Shown here: piece by piece, positions 60,644 through 64,000 of the stretch
Layout: every line of letters begins with the position of its first letter
How positions within the stretch are numbered: the stretch's first letter is position 1
Origin: an uncultured Chloroflexia bacterium
Lineage (GTDB): Bacteria; Chloroflexota; Limnocylindria; Limnocylindrales; CSP1-4
Assembly: GCA_963752475.1 (NCBI GenBank)
Contig: CAVVYR010000027.1
Location: 1-64,000 of the forward strand
DNA length: 64,000 nucleotides
Direction: 5' to 3'
The notes under the pieces: generated by a model
The model's input: the letters and a program-made list of their open reading frames with translations, nothing else
Databases searched by the model: none
What the model was told of the DNA's origin: nothing
Translations under genes and position numbers: made by a program

Positions 60644-61861
60644 ATGACCGCAGCCAAGGCCACGCTGCCCAGCTATGCCGAGTATTTCGATCGGGACCCC
60701 TTCGGTTTCTTCGAGAGCGTGCGCTCCGAAGGCCCTGCCGTGTGGGATGAGGGTATGCAGGCGTGGCTCGTCGCCGCCTACGAGGACGTAGTCACCGTGA
60801 TGCGCAGGGAGGACCTCTTCCTGGCTCCGTGGCCGCGGATGGACTTCGAGTCGATCTTCGGGCGGCGGTCGCTCTTCATGATCGAGGGCGAAGACCATCG
60901 GCGTCTCTACACGAAGATCAGCCAGTTCTTCACACGCGCGATCATCGACGACTACCGGCAGCGCTTCATCCGACCGCTCGTGGACGATCGCCTCGAGAGG
61001 ATCGCCTCGCGAGGACGCGCAGAGTTCGCCTCGGAGCTCGCACAGGAGATCCCCGTCCGGGTCATCGGCTCGATGCTCGGCGTGCCGTGGCAGGACGAAC
61101 AACTGGGGCACGACGTGTGGGGCTGGACGAGCGGCTTCCTGGCCCACACCGGCACCTGGATCCTTCCCGACGCCGGGAAGGATACGCAGGGTGCTGCTGA
61201 GCGATCCATGGCGCGCCTCGACGACCTCCTCCGCCCGTTAGTCGGGCGAGACGTCGCGCGTGAACCCGGGGACTACATCTCGCAGCTCTGGGAGTTCGGG
61301 CCGACGGTGTTCGAAGACTGGGACGAGCAGGATGTCCTTGAGAACTGCCGCTTCCTGTTCATCGCCGGTGTGCATACGACGACGGAGTTGCTCTGCAATG
61401 CACTCTACGCGATCCTTACCACCGATGGGCTCGAGGACAGGCTGCGACAGGACCGCAGCCTCATCCATGGTTTCATCGAGGAGGTGCTGCGCCTGAGCCC
61501 ATCGATGCACGTGCGGATGCGCATCGTGGGCGAAGACACGAGCGTCGGCTCCGTGGCCATGAAGGAGGGTCAGCGCGTGCTGGCCGTCCTCGCTGCTGCC
61601 AATCGCGACCCCGCACGCTACGAACACGCATCTCGGATGGATCTCGCCCGTAGGAAGATCGCGAGCCATCTGACATTCAGCCGCGGACCGCGCGCCTGCG
61701 CCGGGGCGCCGCTCGCTCGCACGGAAGCTCACGCACTCATCGATGCGATGCTGGACCGCATCGAGGGTCTGCGCCTCGACCCGCAGATGCCGCCACCCAT
61801 CAACGAGGGCTTCCTCCAGCGTGCGTTCATGCCGCTCCACGCGACCTACCGGGCGCGCTGA
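60644..61861 (+). CDS. Cytochrome P450
   Basis: I-helix AGVHTT, EEVLR, ANRDP, heme motif FSRGPRACAG. Confidence 0.93.
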   Translation: MTAAKATLPSYAEYFDRDPFGFFESVRSEGPAVWDEGMQAWLVAAYEDVVTVMRREDLFLAPWPRMDFESIFGRRSLFMIEGEDHRRLYTKISQFFTRAIIDDYRQRFIRPLVDDRLERIASRGRAEFASELAQEIPVRVIGSMLGVPWQDEQLGHDVWGWTSGFLAHTGTWILPDAGKDTQGAAERSMARLDDLLRPLVGRDVAREPGDYISQLWEFGPTVFEDWDEQDVLENCRFLFIAGVHTTTELLCNALYAILTTDGLEDRLRQDRSLIHGFIEEVLRLSPSMHVRMRIVGEDTSVGSVAMKEGQRVLAVLAAANRDPARYEHASRMDLARRKIASHLTFSRGPRACAGAPLARTEAHALIDAMLDRIEGLRLDPQMPPPINEGFLQRAFMPLHATYRAR

Positions 61862-61896
61862 GCGATGAACACCCCAGCGGACTGGAGCCGACAACG

Positions 61897-63069
61897 GTGA
61901 CGCCCAGGCAACGTGTGCTGGCCGCTCTCGATCATCGCGAGCCAGACGGCCTCCCGCTCGACGTGGGAGCCACGAACGTCACCGGCGTCCACCGGGCAGT
62001 CTTCGAGCCACTCATCCGCCAGTTGGGCCATCGCGGTGAGGTGTCCACGCTTGACCCGAGGCTCGGTCTCGCGTTGATCGACCGCGAGGCTCGGGACTTG
62101 CTCGGCGTGGACGCCGCGATGGTCACCCAGCATGGTCCCTCGCCGGAGCATTACCAGATGTCAATCGTGGAGGAGGGCGATCACGCCGATCTTCGCGACG
62201 AGTACGGCGTTCTTTGGCGGATGCCCCTCGACCAGCGCTTGTACTTCGACATGGTGGAGCACCCGCTCGCCGGCGATGTCGACCTGCGCGACATCGAGCG
62301 CTACCCGTGGCCCGATCCGGTCGATCCACACCGGTTCGAGGGCATGGCGGAGCGCGCCGGCGCCATCGTTCGGGAGGAACGGCGTGCGACCTGTTTCGGC
62401 AACATCTCCACCGGCCTGTTCGAGTTCGCCATCCGGATGCGCGGCTACGAGTCGTTCTTCATGGATATGCTCACAAACAAGCCGCTGGCCGAGGCCCTGC
62501 TCGAGAAGGCACTTGAGTTGAAGCTGGCCTACTGGGAGCGCGTCATCGAGCTCGTGGGTGACGACATCGATGTCGTGGTGGACACGGACGACTATGGGAC
62601 ACAGCGTTCACTGATGATCTCACCGGTCACGTGGCGTGAGCTCATAGGACCGCGGTTGCGGAAGCTCAACGACTTCATCCACTGCAACAGCCGCGCAACG
62701 GTGCTGCTGCACTCCTGCGGCGCGATCAAGGGGCTGATCCCCGATCTGATCGACTCCGGGGTGGACATCCTCAACCCCATCCAGGTGAGCGCCACGGACA
62801 TGGACACGGCCGAGCTGAAGCGCGAGTTCGGTCGCGACATCGTCTTCTGGGGCGGCGGGGTCGACACGCAGTACACGCTGCCCACCGGCACACCCGAAAG
62901 CATCCGCGACGAGGTTCGCCGCCGCGTCGAGGACTTGATGGCGGGGGGTGGCTTCGTGTTCGCCGCCGTCCACAATATCCAGCCCGATGTGCCGGTCCGG
63001 AATGCAGCGGCCATGCTCGAGGCGGTGGCCCAGTACCGCGGCACCGACTCGGTCCAGGGAGGTTCATGA
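61897..63069 (+). CDS. URO-D-family putative methyltransferase
   Basis: TPRQRVLAALDHREPD, DDYGTQ, LHSCG, LNPIQ, GGGVDTQ, VHNIQ. Confidence 0.9.
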   Translation: MTPRQRVLAALDHREPDGLPLDVGATNVTGVHRAVFEPLIRQLGHRGEVSTLDPRLGLALIDREARDLLGVDAAMVTQHGPSPEHYQMSIVEEGDHADLRDEYGVLWRMPLDQRLYFDMVEHPLAGDVDLRDIERYPWPDPVDPHRFEGMAERAGAIVREERRATCFGNISTGLFEFAIRMRGYESFFMDMLTNKPLAEALLEKALELKLAYWERVIELVGDDIDVVVDTDDYGTQRSLMISPVTWRELIGPRLRKLNDFIHCNSRATVLLHSCGAIKGLIPDLIDSGVDILNPIQVSATDMDTAELKREFGRDIVFWGGGVDTQYTLPTGTPESIRDEVRRRVEDLMAGGGFVFAAVHNIQPDVPVRNAAAMLEAVAQYRGTDSVQGGS

Positions 63070-63725
63070 TGGTGCGAGCAAGAGCGCAAGTGCTGGACGG
63101 TTTGACCGATACCGGGGTCGTCGCGGTCGTCCGAGTCGATGACTCGACCGGCCTGAGTCCGCTCGCGGCCGCACTTCACGAGGGTGGCGTCACCCACACG
63201 GAGATCACCATGACGGTCCCCGGCGCGCTGGCAGCCATCGAGGCCACCGTGCGCGAGCTTGGCGATGGAGTCTGTATCGGAGCCGGCACGGTACTCGATG
63301 CGGTGACGGCGCGACTCGCCATCGACGCGGGTGCCGCCTTCATCGTCGGCCCCAGCCTTGACCCCGACGTCATCATGCTGGCTCACCGATACGGGGTGGT
63401 GGTCATCCCTGGTTGTCTCACGCCGACCGAGATCGTCCGCGCTTGGTCAGCTGGCGCAGATGTGGTCAAGCTTTTCCCTGGGCGGGTCGCCACGCCCGGC
63501 TACTTCTCCGACCTGCGCGGACCTCTCCCTCGGGTCCGGCTCATGCCGACCGGCAACGTGGACCTCGTGACAGCGCCCGAGTACATCGCTGCTGGAGCGG
63601 TCGCTGTGGGCGCGGGCAAGGCGCTCGTCGAGCCGACGGCGTTCAAGGAGCAGCGCTGGTCAGACATCGCCGACAACGCCCGCCGGTTCGTGGCGGTCGT
63701 CGCCGATGCACGGGCAAACCGATGA
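63066..63725 (+). CDS. eda: KDPG/KHG aldolase
   Basis: VVAVVR, EITMT, GAGTVLD, PGCLTPTE, VKLFP, PTG. Confidence 0.9.
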   Translation: MMVRARAQVLDGLTDTGVVAVVRVDDSTGLSPLAAALHEGGVTHTEITMTVPGALAAIEATVRELGDGVCIGAGTVLDAVTARLAIDAGAAFIVGPSLDPDVIMLAHRYGVVVIPGCLTPTEIVRAWSAGADVVKLFPGRVATPGYFSDLRGPLPRVRLMPTGNVDLVTAPEYIAAGAVAVGAGKALVEPTAFKEQRWSDIADNARRFVAVVADARANR

Positions 63726-63801
63726 TGGGTGCTCGGCTGCATCGTGTGTTCGTGTCGGGCGAGTCCCCGTTCCCTCAACATGCTGCCCGTGGTGTCATCC
63801 A

Positions 63802-64000
63802 GTGACTGCCGACGTCATCGAGACGCAGGCCCTCGTCTCCCCGGCCGCGGGGGAAGAGGTCGAGGTCATGCCCATCCAGGTGGACCCACCGGGTCCAGGT
63901 GAGGTCCGCGTCCGCATCACCGCCAGCGGGATCTGCCACACCGACCGGATGGTGGCCGACGGCGTGTGGTGGGCGGACCATCCGTACGTCTTGGGGCACG
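63802..64000 (+). CDS. Zn-dependent alcohol dehydrogenase (3' partial)
   Basis: PGPGEVRVRI..SGICHTD..LGH, open frame to the window end. Confidence 0.85.
   Translation, partial: MTADVIETQALVSPAAGEEVEVMPIQVDPPGPGEVRVRITASGICHTDRMVADGVWWADHPYVLGH

Noticed and set aside
61897-63069. HemE uroporphyrinogen decarboxylase
   Set aside because: Lacks the RQAGR motif and has no tetrapyrrole genes nearby; the same holds for the other two paralogs.

Overview
High-GC bacterial window (Chloroflexota-like by gene content and lipobox-less binding proteins; taxonomy is inference). 1-13.9 kb: hydrolase fragment, DeoR-linked fused E1/E2 2-oxoacid dehydrogenase, a secreted pseudo-gluzincin, a rod-shaped ncRNA candidate, and a LacI-divergent methyl-branch operon (MetF-MetV fusion, AcsE-like methyltransferase, folD, fhs, corrinoid protein). 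15-64 kb: a mosaic carbohydrate-catabolism region with three ABC transporters, GH78 and a GHL6-like hydrolase, an oxidative Entner-Doudoroff-type operon, CoA-transferase modules, three different URO-D/MtaA-type methyltransferases, a second near-identical corrinoid gene, a Rieske ferredoxin, a P450 and IS relics. A 19-29 bp motif at four promoters ties the sugar pathway to the methyltransferases, probably via the local GntR. Best hypothesis (inference): a system for catabolising O-methylated sugars with both corrinoid/THF-dependent and P450-dependent demethylation. Many genes at 28-46 kb carry indels that look like long-read errors. No CRISPR, rRNA or tRNA was seen.
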